64,000 bases of DNA from Bilabrum cf. latius (lineage: Eukaryota): positions 186,001 to 250,000 of the forward strand of contig OZ237757.1 in assembly GCA_965178125.1 (NCBI GenBank). Direction: 5' to 3'. The translations under genes were made by a program, and so were the position numbers. The notes under the pieces are model-generated. The model did not search any database. It saw nothing but the letters and a program-made list of their open reading frames with translations, and was not told the DNA's origin. The stretch's first letter is position 1. Each line of letters opens with the position of its first letter. Shown here one piece after another: positions 1-11,700 of the stretch.

Positions 1-424
1 TCGAACACATCCGTGTTAGAGGAATCGTAAAAGCCAGGCTTTAAAAAATCGGCACCGCCCGACCCACGCCCTCCTGACCCCCCTTCCGTTGTCCAGCTTC
101 CGAATGAGTCAGGTGATGTACGCCCTCCGCGATGGACCGAGCCCACGCACGCCATAACGTACTCATACCCCACAGGCCCGCCCGACTCCGACTCCTCGCA
201 CATTTGCTCGCCCAATCATGTACACTCGTCACACTGCATACTCACCAAATTTTAACCCAAGCCAAATCTCTCAAGGTTCAGCTTTTCACGGCCATAAAAC
301 CCCCCAAGAACTGTGTTGGGCCATAATGAGAGCTCGCAATAAACCGTAGTATAGCATTAGGCTCATAAATCATGGTAGACAGAGACAACGCTAGTAGAGC
401 ACGAGCGGGAAGCGCACCTTCTTG

Positions 425-3400
425 ATGCAGCGGAGCGGAGCTGCACAGCTAGTGAATCGGTGCGTTTTAATCGCCTTGGTTTGTCTCTGTGTAGTAATTG
501 TGTTTGGATTGGCATGGAAGCTGTCTTCCGTCAACAATGTGTCTGATCGAGAAGCTCGATCCGTGCAGGACAAGTCGACCACTGATGGTACACCAGAAAG
601 CACGATAGGAGTCCAAATGGGAGTCTTGCGCGACCTGAATTCTGAATTATACGTACCAATACTCGAAGGCGCGTCTGATAGGGAGAGCGTGGGGAGTCGC
701 AGCTCTGCAGGGCAGGTCTAGGCAGGCGGCGAAGATGACGTTTGGTCAGAACAGCCAGCCGCTGAGTCGTTTACGCAGGCTCAGTCCGAGCCAAGGCCCA
801 GCGAGAATTCACCACGAGGCAATGGTGCCGCTGAGAGCAGCAAATCCCAGCCCGCACTGCCAGGCACCAGCACAAGCACAAGCACAAGCACCAGCACCAG
901 CACCAGCACCAGCACCGGCACCAGCACCAGCACCAGCCCCGTAGAGGACAGCCCTCCAGCTTGGCTCACAGGCCGCAAGCTCGTGCTCTGGAAGCAGCGA
1001 CAGAGGTTGCAGAAAATCAAGCAAGAACGATTGCACGCACAGCAGCTCGAGCACGAGTCCCAGGACATCTGGTCCGAGGACAGGCAGCTTGCTGAGTCCC
1101 ACGCTCTGACAGCGCGCGAGCAAGACAGGGGCGCAAGGCACCGTGCAGGGGGTAGCCCCGTTCGAGCCGCGGGCTACAGTGACCAAGTCAAACAGGACAG
1201 GCCAGGCGTGCAATCGCAATCCTCGCACGGATTTGCCGGCCTGCAGACCCCAGCTGAATCGCAGCAATCAGAATCAGCGCAGTCGGAACCCCCAGAGGCG
1301 GTCCCCCCAAATCGTGCTGCAGAGCAGCTGACAAGCTAGAATGAGGCCCAGCACGAGAGCACACCATCCACTAGCCCCTCAAAACCCGCCTCGTACACGT
1401 ACCGAGGCCACCGCCCGGAGTACTCGTGGGAGCAGCTTGAGGTGGACCCGAAGGCAGGGCTCAAGCCCTTGGTCCTAGGCTCGGAGGCGGCCGGGCGCTC
1501 TGCTCGGAGCCAGTCCGCTGGGTTAGACGACTGGCACCCTTGTCGGACCATGCTCCTCGGAAGTAGATCGTTGCAGAGGTGCACTGCACTGTGGCACGCG
1601 GTGGACAGGTCGACCGGACCGGCGCAGGCACAGGCACAGGCACAGGATAGCGACTCACCAGATGCCCGCCCCCTGCTGTTTCGATACTTGCGGGGGCATT
1701 CAACCCTGAGCAGAGCGGGACTGACACCTAGTCTGTTCCCTCCGCTCGTCACACCGCAGCAGCACCCGCTTCTCCCACCCGCGTCGGCTTCGCCAAAGGA
1801 AGAGTGGGCCCTGATCGAGAACTTGCGGCAGGCGCACGCCCGCGAAGCCGAGCTGCTGGTCCTCATGACCACGGCCATGAGGCACGTCGTGAGCATGCCC
1901 ACCGCCGAGCACGAAGGGTGGCTCCGATCTGGTGGAATACCACTATCTACACCTTACAGAGTGGTCCCAGACGCACGGCACCCGTGGGAGGTCGCCGCAG
2001 CCTGCGACGAGGACCCGTCCTGCGAAGGCTTCACCCCGGACGGGCGGCTCTTCAGGTGGATCGGGGTGGGCATGATGGCTTCGTTCCATAGCAAAAGCGA
2101 GAAGAAGCTGGCCAAACCGGAGCTTCCCAGGCCCGTGTATGACCAGGTCAGGCAGCACAGGGAGGGGCTGCCGGAGCGGATCCTTCTGGCGGCCGAAGAC
2201 CTGGCCAAAGACGGCTCAACGGACACATAGGCGATCACGATGCCGGAGGCCGTGGCAAGGGTGTGCGAGGAGTGGGGCAGGGCAGACGGGCTGCTGGCAG
2301 ACAGCGACAACTGGCCCAAGCCAGTGCTAGATGCAGTCCGGAGCAGGAGGGCGGGCAGGCTCGAGCTGCTGGTGGCAGCCCAGCACGCGAAGCAGGAGGA
2401 GAATGAAAACCACAGGATGCGGGTGCGAGAGAAGGATCACGAGGGTGACCCCTTCGTCCCGGCCCCGGCCCGAGTGAACGCCCCTCCCGATCTCTCAGAG
2501 ACCCAGTGGCAGCTGGCTGAGATCGCCGCGCGGGCAGCGGAATCCGTCCCCCTGTGGATGGTGGATCCAGCCGTGGATGCAGTGGCCAGGGCGGCAAGGC
2601 GACCGGTTGGGGAGGTTCCTGCAGCAGATGGCATTGGCACCAAGCTGCAGCCCGGCCCTGGAGACTGGTCGAGGGTGTCGCTGGACGAGCTGAGGGCCGC
2701 CATAGGACTGCCTGCCGTGCCACTGGACTCGAACGAGCTGGCGAGCGGAGGGGCGGACGCGGGGCGGTTCCTTGGCATCAAGGGGGTCTTGTAGGTGGCC
2801 CGTAACACCGCTGAAGGGGTCTTTGAGCGGCGGCTGACAGAGGCGAAGGGACGTGACGCACCCGTGTACCCTCTGAGATCGCCCATCGAGCCCCTTGTGG
2901 TGAAGAGGGTGGTGTCAGGCATGCCGCGGGTGGTGCCAATCGAGCCGGCCGCGCCCGCCCCGATGACTCCGAGGGAGCAGAGGAAGCACCAGGCCCGGCT
3001 GGCTCGGGAGGCAGCCGCGGAGAAACGCAGGATCAAAAAGCAGAAGCTGGCGGAGCTCCGGGCTGCGGGCCACCACGGAGTGAATCCAGACGCGGATGAC
3101 AAGGACGTTGAGGAAGACGGCGAGGGCGAAGGATAGGGTAACGAGGGTTTGGATGGCGGTGAAAGTAAGGCGAAAAGCAGCATGTCCGTTCTGCGAGACC
3201 TCTACACGCACGATACCGCTTTGGAATCAGTCACTCTGACGAGCGAAGAGGCATAGGATCCTTGGGCGATCGACGGCGACGATCCCCTGGATGTGCCCGA
3301 CTGGGCAGCTAGGAGGGACACGTGGTTCGAGATCTGGGGCACCGACATAGTGGGAAACGACATCACTCGCGTTAAGCTGGACGACCAGGACAAGAAGCAG

Positions 3401-3889
3401 ATGGAGCAGGCGTTCAGCGAGGCAAGGGCAGCAGGGACGGAAGGAAGATCCAGAGGGTGGCTGCCCACCTCTTTGCGCGACCTCCGCGCCGACAGGGCGG
3501 CCCGAAAGGAGGAGACGGTGATGTCCTCCCTGGGAGAACCGTCTAGCAAATGGCGGACGCAGCTTCGGTCGCGAGGGGCCGTCAGCGGTGTGGTCACTGG
3601 CATAGAGGACTCTGAGCAGCAGGAGGGCACTTTGCCTCACTTGCGACCATACGATGGCCTCTCCGAAGCCGCCATCGCTGCGCTGCGGGGAATGGCATGG
3701 CCTCAGCGGGTGCAGAACAAGATGAGGATGGACGGTGGTGGGGCCGTTGGTGCTGCCCTGCGGCGGCACTGCGAACAAACACCCGGATGTGTGGCAGTCA
3801 ACTCGAACGGATGGATGAAGAGCACTGCGAGCACCGGGATGATGGCATCGCACAAGGTCATCAGCGTCTGGATCCCCTTGCGACCATAA
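425..3889 (+). CDS. 5' part of a type II membrane glycosyltransferase-like gene, truncated by a transposon inserted at ~3874 (TAG read as Gln)
   Basis: ORF-track pieces 422-721, 983-1339, 1442-2230, 2240-2794, 2795-3136 and 3293-3889 share one frame and are separated only by TAG (719, 1337, 2228, 2792, 3134, 3254). N-terminal hydrophobic anchor LIALVCLCVVIVFGLAW, then a (TS)n stem. The frame runs into the left TIR and stops at TAA 3887-3889. Confidence 0.8.
864..937 (+). repeat. Hexamer microsatellite (GCACCA/GCACAA)n encoding a Thr-Ser run
   Basis: Directly visible; in the gene frame it reads GTSTSTSTS...TSP. Confidence 0.9.
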
Positions 3890-3898
3890 CTGTCCCAA
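3874..3898 (+). repeat. Left TIR CCCCTTGCGACCATAACTGTCCCAA
   Basis: Exact reverse complement of 6621-6645. The core AACTGTCCCAA recurs at 3907-3917. Confidence 0.95.
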
Positions 3899-3968
3899 CC
3901 AACTGCAACTGTCCCAAGATTCAAATGCGACCACTTCTTGAGCTCATACAGGTCTCAATTCTAGAGTT

Positions 3969-6320
3969 ATGCAAGCATCCTCCTCCAGTTCTAAAGAATC
4001 ATCAATACTCGACGCAATTGACGACTCGGATACTCGGGCTATCCTTCAGGTGTCTGTGGATGACGTGAATCGTGTGCTCGCTTGGCGCACGGCCTTGGAG
4101 CAATCGGTAGAAGAATGCACAGCTGAGCAGCCTGAGATGCGACTATATGAAGCGCAGCAAGCAGATTATATAATTTACAAGCAAAAGCTTTAGGTGTGGA
4201 GGGAGAGAAATCCCGGTAAGGTTCAAAATGACAGTGAAATCTACCGAGAGATTCAAAATGAGGTGTACCCAGAAAAGACGTTTAGCGCTGTCCGGAAGCG
4301 ATTCCAGCGAATCTAGCAACGATTAACGTGCCCCCTACAGGATTTGTGTTGGCGAACAGATTTGCCCTAGTATGTTGAACGGGCACTTGCGAAGCTGGTC
4401 ATATTGCGAGAGGATGAGAAGGTGCCGTTCACGCTTGAAGGACTGCGCCGAACTGCAACAGGCCTTCGCAACGACTTTTGTGCTGGTTCACACAAGGATG
4501 GGGTGCCACTATCGCGTGTGTGGTCAACCAGATTTCTAAAGGCTCATAAACTGAAGGATTTGCAAGGTGAAGAGAAGACAATCAATCGTAGCGTGGCGGA
4601 GAGCCACACGTGCTTGCTGGACTGGTTTGGCGAAGGAGCAGCAAAACGAGGCCTGGTACTCAATACTGAGCTTGGCGTCGTCGTGTCAGGGACGTGCATT
4701 TATCACGAACGATTGTAGTTAAACATAGATGAGACTGTGATCATACTGCATGCCCAGCCAGGGTAGGGCGCAAGGGTTGACGGGGCGGACCGTCTGGTGG
4801 TCAGGGCCGAATCGCCCCGTGCTGCGCTTCGCGCGACGCATTTTTCCAATACAAACGTATCATTCGTTCCTGTTGTATCAGCGAAGGATGGAATTGTTGC
4901 TGGCCTTCTCGTTTTCCGCTACGATGGCAAGTCTCAAAAGGTCAAACGCGAGATCCAGCGCGAGCAGGAATATGTGGCAGCCCGGTTGCAACGTGCGCAA
5001 GCCCAGCGCGATGCGGGCAAGCTCGACGACGACGGCCTGAAGGCGGAGCTCGAGGATATTCTAGCTGAGGTAAGGCTATCTGGGAATGTTGTGGACCCCT
5101 CGTCTGTCCAGAAACTCTTCTTGGTGCTAGCCAAGACGGACATCGAGCTCCTCGACATCATCGTGTTCTGTGCGACCCCCTCCGGCTACAGCAACGTCGG
5201 GTCCTTGTCCCTGCTGCTTCCAAAGATCGTGGAGTACGCAGCTAGAGTGCGAAGGGAAGAGAGGCTCCCTCCCACAGCTAGAGTACTGCTCACGATGGAC
5301 AACCACTCGACGCATGACCAGCGGAGCCTCAGGAAGTTCTGCGCTGCCAACAACATCGACATCGAGCTCCTCCTTCCAATGAGCACCCACTTCCTGCAGC
5401 CCCTGGACGTCGCGTGCATGTCGTCCTTCAAAGCAGAGCTTCGTGGTGTTAAGAAAGACTTCTGTGTCTATCTGAGCTAGCTTCATTTCATGGAAGCATT
5501 CATGGCGTCTGCCCCGGAGGCGAAGAAGTCGGCACTAGCGAAGGCGTCGTGTGACGCGATCGGGGAGGAGTGGATCGCACCGCTGGTCTTGACCTGTGCA
5601 AGCCACAGCTTTCGAGCTTCGAATGCTGCTAGTGGATTCAAGAAGTGCGGACTTCTCCCGTTCAACCCTTCCGTTGTAGTTGACATGGACAAAGTCAAGC
5701 AGCACAGGGCCACGCTGCAGAGGGCCCGGGAGGGGGCCAGTGGTAGTGAGCTGTCAGACGTAGCCAAAATACTGGAGAGTATCCCGACAGAGTCAGGATC
5801 TTTCGTGAAGAGTACTACGGCTGCCAGTGGAGCAGGCGCATCTGAGCCGTAGTCATCATCCTCGTCTGCTGTGCTTGGGCCTGCCACGGCTGACAACCTC
5901 GGGGGACTGGCGAGCGCCCAGCGCGTGGTGAGCGCCCATGATGCCCTGGCGAAGAGACGCCCCAACACGGCTGCATTCCTGAGATTAGCAGGTTTGGGGC
6001 TTCAAGCAAAGATTGAAAGCGCAGCTCGGGCACAACAATCTCAGAAAAGGCGACCAAGGCTGAAGGGGCTGCAAGGCAACCGTGGGGCCATCGGGCCCCG
6101 GGGGGGCGGGGGTGACGCCGCTTAGCTGCGGAAAAATCAGATGCGCGACCGCCCACTCTAGGATCAGTCCACAGATGAGATTATTGAGCAGCTTGAGGAG
6201 GCTAGAGTCAACCTGGACGCAATGAGAGCTCAGAATCAGGCCCTCAAGGCCAAGATCGCGAAGATCTAGGCTGCAAGCAACAAGAGGGCCATGCCAGCTT
6301 CAAAGAAGCGTCGAACTTAA
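3969..6320 (+). CDS. pogo/Fot-like transposase, 783 aa, DD35D catalytic triad (TAG read as Gln)
   Basis: One frame from ATG 3969 to TAA 6318-6320 with 10 in-frame TAGs (4191, 4314, 4368, 4716, 4764, 5478, 5850, 6123, 6159, 6267). CENP-B/Tc5-type HTH region (ERALAKLVI...PFTLEGLRRTA...SRVWSTRFLKAHKL). Catalytic motifs LNIDET (D 4728), MDNHSTH (D 5298) and STHFLQPLD, with 35 residues between D2 and D3. C-terminal basic NLS-like KKRR. Confidence 0.9.
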
Positions 6321-6620
6321 TATTTTTATATATGATTATACTGCTATTATACTGGAAACCTGAAAAAAAAGTGTGAAATGCGAGATATTTAGGACTTTGA
6401 AGTTGGGACAGTTGTGATTTTTACCAGGCGCGATCATGCCGGCCGCCAAGGCCGCCATCTTTGGTCGGTCATAGCTTGAAGAGAACATGTCGTCCTGAAA
6501 ATCTGGTTACAGTTTTGAAATCTCCTTGAAAACCTGCTTCATTACCGAAAAGGACAGGGCCATAGTTGGACATTATTGCTCCGAATTTTGCGACTGAAGT
6601 TGGGAATTTTGCCGTTCAGC

Positions 6621-6645
6621 TTGGGACAGTTATGGTCGCAAGGGG
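6621..6645 (-). repeat. Right TIR TTGGGACAGTTATGGTCGCAAGGGG
   Basis: Exact reverse complement of 3874-3898. A subterminal copy TTGGGACAGTT lies at 6403-6413. Confidence 0.95.
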
Positions 6646-8478
6646 ATCCGAAGCAAAGGCCCGCCTCTGCCGCATGACTACCTGCTCAGGACTATCCTGT
6701 CCCTTCAGAGAGAGGTGGCCGCGGCTGCACAGGATGGGGCGGTGGATGCGATGGGTCAGGTGGACGATACAGCTGGGAGGCGTTGCGTAGAGGCGTCTAG
6801 TCTGCTGGCTTCGACTGCGATGGATGGGGAACATAAAGCACCGTCTGCGGGTATTCCGGGCGGGCTGAGGGGCTCGCAGCCTGTAGACCATGCAGGTTCG
6901 GCATTTGAACCAATTTCTTGGTCGCAAGCCATCGCCAGGTATCCGACGCTGCTGCCGCCGAGTGCAGTGGCCGATCTGGATGGGACCTCTATGGGCGGGG
7001 GACACCTGCTCGAGGCCACCGTCGCGACCGTGCCAGGCGACTCGGATTACTCAGCTCCAGTGCGATTACCCGCTGATGTGCATGCGAGCGTTGCAGCTAG
7101 GCTCAAAGGTGCGGTGTAGGGCCCCAGCGGGGAGCAGTCGGCTTCTTCGCTCGCTGCCGAGCTGGCCGTGATCGGGTCCCTGTCAGCAGCGATGGGTAGA
7201 GCGGTGGCCGGCACCAAGCCTTCCACTGCTTGCGTGGATCACGCCAGGCTCGTGTTTGGCCACGGGGCTGAAGACCCTCTGAGTCTGGACCAGAATCAGA
7301 CCGCCGATGCTGCCATATCTGCCGCGACAAATGCGGTGCAGTCGGCGGGAGACGGTCGAGCCCCTGCTGCCTCCTCCCTTCCGCCCGTCTCTGGCGAGCT
7401 TGAGCACCTGGCTGCCAGAGGCAAGGTGCACGTGTTTGTGATCAACACGTCGCCTCCCCTGGGTCGCATGGAGACGGCCGCGAGCAAAGAGCTGGCGCTG
7501 TACCGCAAGGCAAAGAACAAGGACACCGCGGGAACGAAGGAGCAGAGGGCGATGGGAAGGAGACGAAGACAGCCGTTGCAGGGCGTGGCGCAGTCGGACT
7601 ACCCCGCCTTTGAGCTACTTCGGTCGCTTCCTGGCTTGGCGGATGACCCGCGGGTCACCATCCTCGATGCGGCCGAAGTGGAGCGCACGGTGGAGGCCAT
7701 GCCCCCGCCGCACCAGTGGGGGCAACCGCCCCCCAGCAAGAAGAAAAAGGTGCCCCCGCGCGGTGAGATCAACCAAAACCTGCAGCTCGCAGACGTCATC
7801 GATGATGTGTTGAAGCGAACCGGCGAGCAACCGCAAGGGAGCGGGGGCAAGAACCGCAAGCCCCCTGCTCTCCTCATCTGGGAGGACGACTGCCACGTAT
7901 GCAGGGGCACTTTCAGGGCACTTTCGCAGCCTAGCATGTAGGGGGTGGGGCCTGGGCTGTGGCCCACGGTAAAGCAGAGCAGATGGGGAGAGGTGTTGAG
8001 GAAGGAGTGGCTTCTACCACTGGTCAAAGTGGGCAATGGAGGCAGCGGCGTGTTGCTGCCTCCCGTAGTGGCCTTTGACGGGTATGCCTCGTACTTGCGA
8101 CTCGTTCGCGGGCGATACAATGCTGACGTCGCAGTGTGGAGACATGCTGCGGACGAGTTGGGTGCTCCGGATCTTCTGAGCAAGCGGACGTTCTCCGCGC
8201 ACCGGGGCTAGAGGAGCTCCTTGCGTCCTGACGGCTGGAGGAACGGGTTCTGGGGCCGAGTTTAGTGCCTCAATGAGCTGGACTACTACTGGAGCGAGTA
8301 CCCAGACGATGGGGCGGCGTGTGCAGAGCTAGCCAAGGCGTACCGCAGGGGTCTGGAAGGAGACGTGGCCAAGGCGGCGGAGTCCGTTTCTAAAGGTGCC
8401 AAGCTGACCGAGGCAGAGGAGGCCCGGCTGCAGTGGAGGTGTGCGACGCACACGCGTGCCCCTCTGCAGGCAAAGTAA
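6646..8478 (+). CDS. 3' part of the interrupted gene, carrying a GT-A fold, GT54/MGAT4-like glycosyltransferase domain
   Basis: In frame with the 5' half once the element is removed; the reconstructed protein is ~1,759 aa. ORFs 6715-7119, 7168-7941 and 7945-8211 are joined by TAG and the frame ends at TAA 8476-8478. Motifs NQNLQLAD, LLIWEDD and FSAHRG[TAG]RSSL resemble MGAT4 KQNLD, xxLEDD and FQHxGxxSSL. Confidence 0.7.
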
Positions 8479-8744
8479 CTGTTGATGGTCACGGCAGATC
8501 CGGATCGGTAAATCTAATGAGTGGGGTAGACGTCTAGCCTGCCAGATCCGTTAAGGTGATGCATTTTGGTCCGCTCTGCAACCACTATCGGATCCATCCG
8601 ATCTGATAAAGATACCGTGCCCGGGTCGATTCAAATTTTCAGATATTGGAGTATCTCTACAATCCAATTAGAATGTAGCAGAAACTGCACAGAAACTAGT
8701 TATTGCCTGTCTGCTTGCATAGCTATCATAGAACCAAATTGTGT

Positions 8745-11700
8745 TCACTTCCCCCCACCACGCTAAGGTGGTGGAGGCAATCCAACCTTAGGTGGCAGAG
8801 GAAGCCCCCCCACTGTACCAGATTTCCGTGGTGGCGGCGGCATGCCCTTGCTGCCTGATGGCGATGCGCCTGGCTTCGGCGGCGGAGACATACCACCAGC
8901 CTTAGGTGGCGGCGGCAGCTTGCCCCCAACTGACCCGCGAGGTGACGCAGGCTTCGACGATGGTGGCGATGGAGATGCACGACCACTGCCTCGGCTCCCG
9001 CGACTGCCCGACGGAGACGGGGACCGCCGGCCCACAGACGGGGGCTTCCCCGGCGCCTTCTTTGGCACGGCCACTGGCGCTGGCGGCTTGCCCTTGCTGC
9101 CGCCAGTGGCCCCGGGCTTCCCGCTCGGCGGCGGCGGCATGCCCTTGCTGCCTGACGGCGATGCGCCTGGCTTCGGCGGCGGTGACATACCACCAGCCTT
9201 AGGTGGCGGCGGCAGCTTGCCTCCAACTGACCCGCGAGGTGACGCAGGCTTCGACGATGGTGGCGATGGAGATGCACGACCACTGCCTCGGCTCCCGCGA
9301 CTGCCCGACGGAGACGGGGACCGCCGGCCCACAGACGGGGGCTTCCCCGGCGCCTTCTTTGGCACGGCCACTGGCGCTGGCGGCTTGCCCTTGCTGCCGC
9401 CAGTGGCCCCGGGCTTCCCGCTCGGCGGCGGCGGCATGCCCTTGCTGCCTGACGGCGATGCGCCTGGCTTCGGCGGCGGTGACATACCACCAGCCTTAGG
9501 TGGCGGTGGCATACCACCAGCCTTAGGTGGCGGCGGCAGCTTGCCTCCAACTGACCCGCGAGGTGACGCAGGCTTCGACGATGGTGGCGATGGGGATGCG
9601 CGACCACTGCCTCGGCTCCCGCGACTGCCCGACGGAGACGGGGACCGCCGGCCCACAGACGGGGGCTTCCCCGGCGCCTTCTTTGGCACGGCCACTGGCG
9701 CTGGCGGCTTGCCCTTGCTGCCGCCAGTGGCCCCGGGCTTCCCGCTCGGCGGCGGCGGAGACGCACCTGCCGCAGGTGGCGGCGGCATGCCCTTGCTGCC
9801 TGATGGCGATGCGCCTGGCTTCGGCGGCGGCGGCATACCACCAGCCTTAGGTGGCGGCGGCAGCTTGCCCCCAACTGACCCGCGAGGTGACGCAGGCTTC
9901 GACGATGGTGGCGATGGAGATGCACGACCACTGCCTCGGCTCCCGCGACTGCCCGACGGAGACGGGGACCGCCGGCCCACAGACGGGGGCTTCCCCGGCG
10001 CCTTCTTTGGCACGGCCACTGGCGCTGGCGGCTTGCCCTTGCTGCCGCCAGTGGCCCCGGGCTTCCCGCTCGGCGGCGGCGGAGACGCACCTGCCGCAGG
10101 TGGCGGCGGCATGCCCTTGCTGCCTGATGGCGATGCGCCTGGCTTCGGCGGCGGCGGCATACCACCAGCCTTAGGTGGCGGCGGCAGCTTGCCTCCAACT
10201 GACCCGCGAGGTGACGCAGGCTTCGACGATGGTGGCGATGGAGATGCACGACCACTGCCTCGGCTCCCGCGACTGCCCGACGGAGACGGGGACCGCCGGC
10301 CCACAGACGGGGGCTTCCCCGGCGCCTTCTTTGGCACGGCCACTGGCGCTGGCGGCTTGCCCATGCAGCCGCCAGTGGCCCCGGGCTTCCCGCTCGGCGG
10401 CGGCGGAGACGCACCTGCCGCAGGTGGCGGCGGCATGCCCTTGCTGCCTGATGGCGATGCGCCTGGCTTCGGCGGCGGCGGCATACCACCAGCCTTAGGT
10501 GGCGGCGGCATACCACCAGCCTTAGGTGGCGGCGGCAGCTTGCCTCCAACTGACCCGCGAGGTGACGCAGGCTTCGACGATGGTGGCGATGGGGATGCGC
10601 GACCACTGCCTCGGCTCCCGCGACTGCCCGACGGAGACGGGGACCGCCGGCCCACAGACGGGGGCTTCCCCGGCGCCTTCTTTGGCACGGCCACTGGCGC
10701 TGGCGGCTTGCCCTTGCTGCCGCCAGTGGCCCCGGGCTTCCCGCTCGGCGGCGGCGGAGACGCACCTGCCGCAGGTGGCGGCGGCATGCCCTTGCTGCCT
10801 GATGGCGATGCGCCTGGCTTCGGCGGCGGCGGCATACCACCAGCCTTAGGTGGCGACGGCAGCTTGCCCCCAACTGACCCGCGAGGTGACGCAGGCTTCG
10901 ACGATGGTGGCGATGGAGATGCACGACCACTGCCTCGGCTCCCGCGACTGCCCGACGGAGACGGAGACCGCCGGCCCACAGACGGGGGCTTCCCCGGCGC
11001 CTTCTTTGGCACGGCCACTGGCGCTGGCGGCTTGCCCTTGCTGCCGCCAGTGGCCCCGGGCTTCCCGCTCGGCGGCGGCGGCATGCCCTTGCTGCCTGAC
11101 GGCGATGCGCCTGGCTTCGGCGGCGGAGACATACCACCAGCCTTAGGTGGCGGCGGCATACCACCAGCCTTAGGTGGCGGCGGCAGCTTGCCTCCAACTG
11201 ACCCGCGAGGTGACGCAGGCTTCGACGATGGTGGCGATGGGGATGCGCGACCACTGCCTCGGCTCCCGCGACTGCCCGACGGAGACGGGGACCGCCGGCC
11301 CACAGACGGGGGCTTCCCCGGCGCCTTCTTTGGCACGGCCACTGGCGCTGGCGGCTTGCCCTTGCTGCCGCCAGTGGCCCCGGGCTTCCCGCTCGGCGGC
11401 GGCGGCATGCCCTTGCTGCCTGACGGCGATGCGCCTGGCTTCGGCGGCGGAGGCATACCACCAGCCTTAGGTGGCGGAAGTATCGCTGCTCCAAGCAAAG
11501 ATTCGTCGCTTCTCGGTGGTGTCTTGTGGTCCTTATCTGACTGCAGGTCCGCGCCGCTGTGCTTGCGGGGTGACAGTTTCGTGGGCGTCAAGCGCGGGGA
11601 CGTGCGTGGAGAGGATTTGGGGGATGCCGGCTTCCCATCAGGGCTTCCGCTGCCTGTCCGGGTCCGGGGTCGCCGTACACGGGCTACTCTTGCTTTGCCT

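Larger units (their letters stand above)
3874..6645 (+). mobile_element. Intact pogo/Fot-like (IS630-Tc1-mariner group, DDE_1-type) DNA transposon, ~2.77 kb
   Basis: Perfect 25-bp terminal inverted repeats. One transposase ORF inside. Removing the element and one target copy restores the host frame (ISVWI|RSKGPPLPHDYLL). The ends are ambiguous by 1-2 bp because the target GGATCC is palindromic. Confidence 0.93.

Noticed and set aside
1-420. Short ORFs or an RNA gene at the window start
   Set aside because: No motif, tRNA fold or repeat partner recognised; treated as upstream intergenic sequence.
3874-6645. piggyBac element or introner-type spliceable insertion
   Set aside because: CCC/GGG ends are piggyBac-like, but there is no TTAA and the transposase motifs are pogo/DDE_1-type. 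The element boundaries lack GT/AG splice dinucleotides.
8829-11477. CRISPR-like array or formin gene
   Set aside because: There are no unique spacers and the units are coding. The protein ends right after the Pro-rich region with no FH2 domain.
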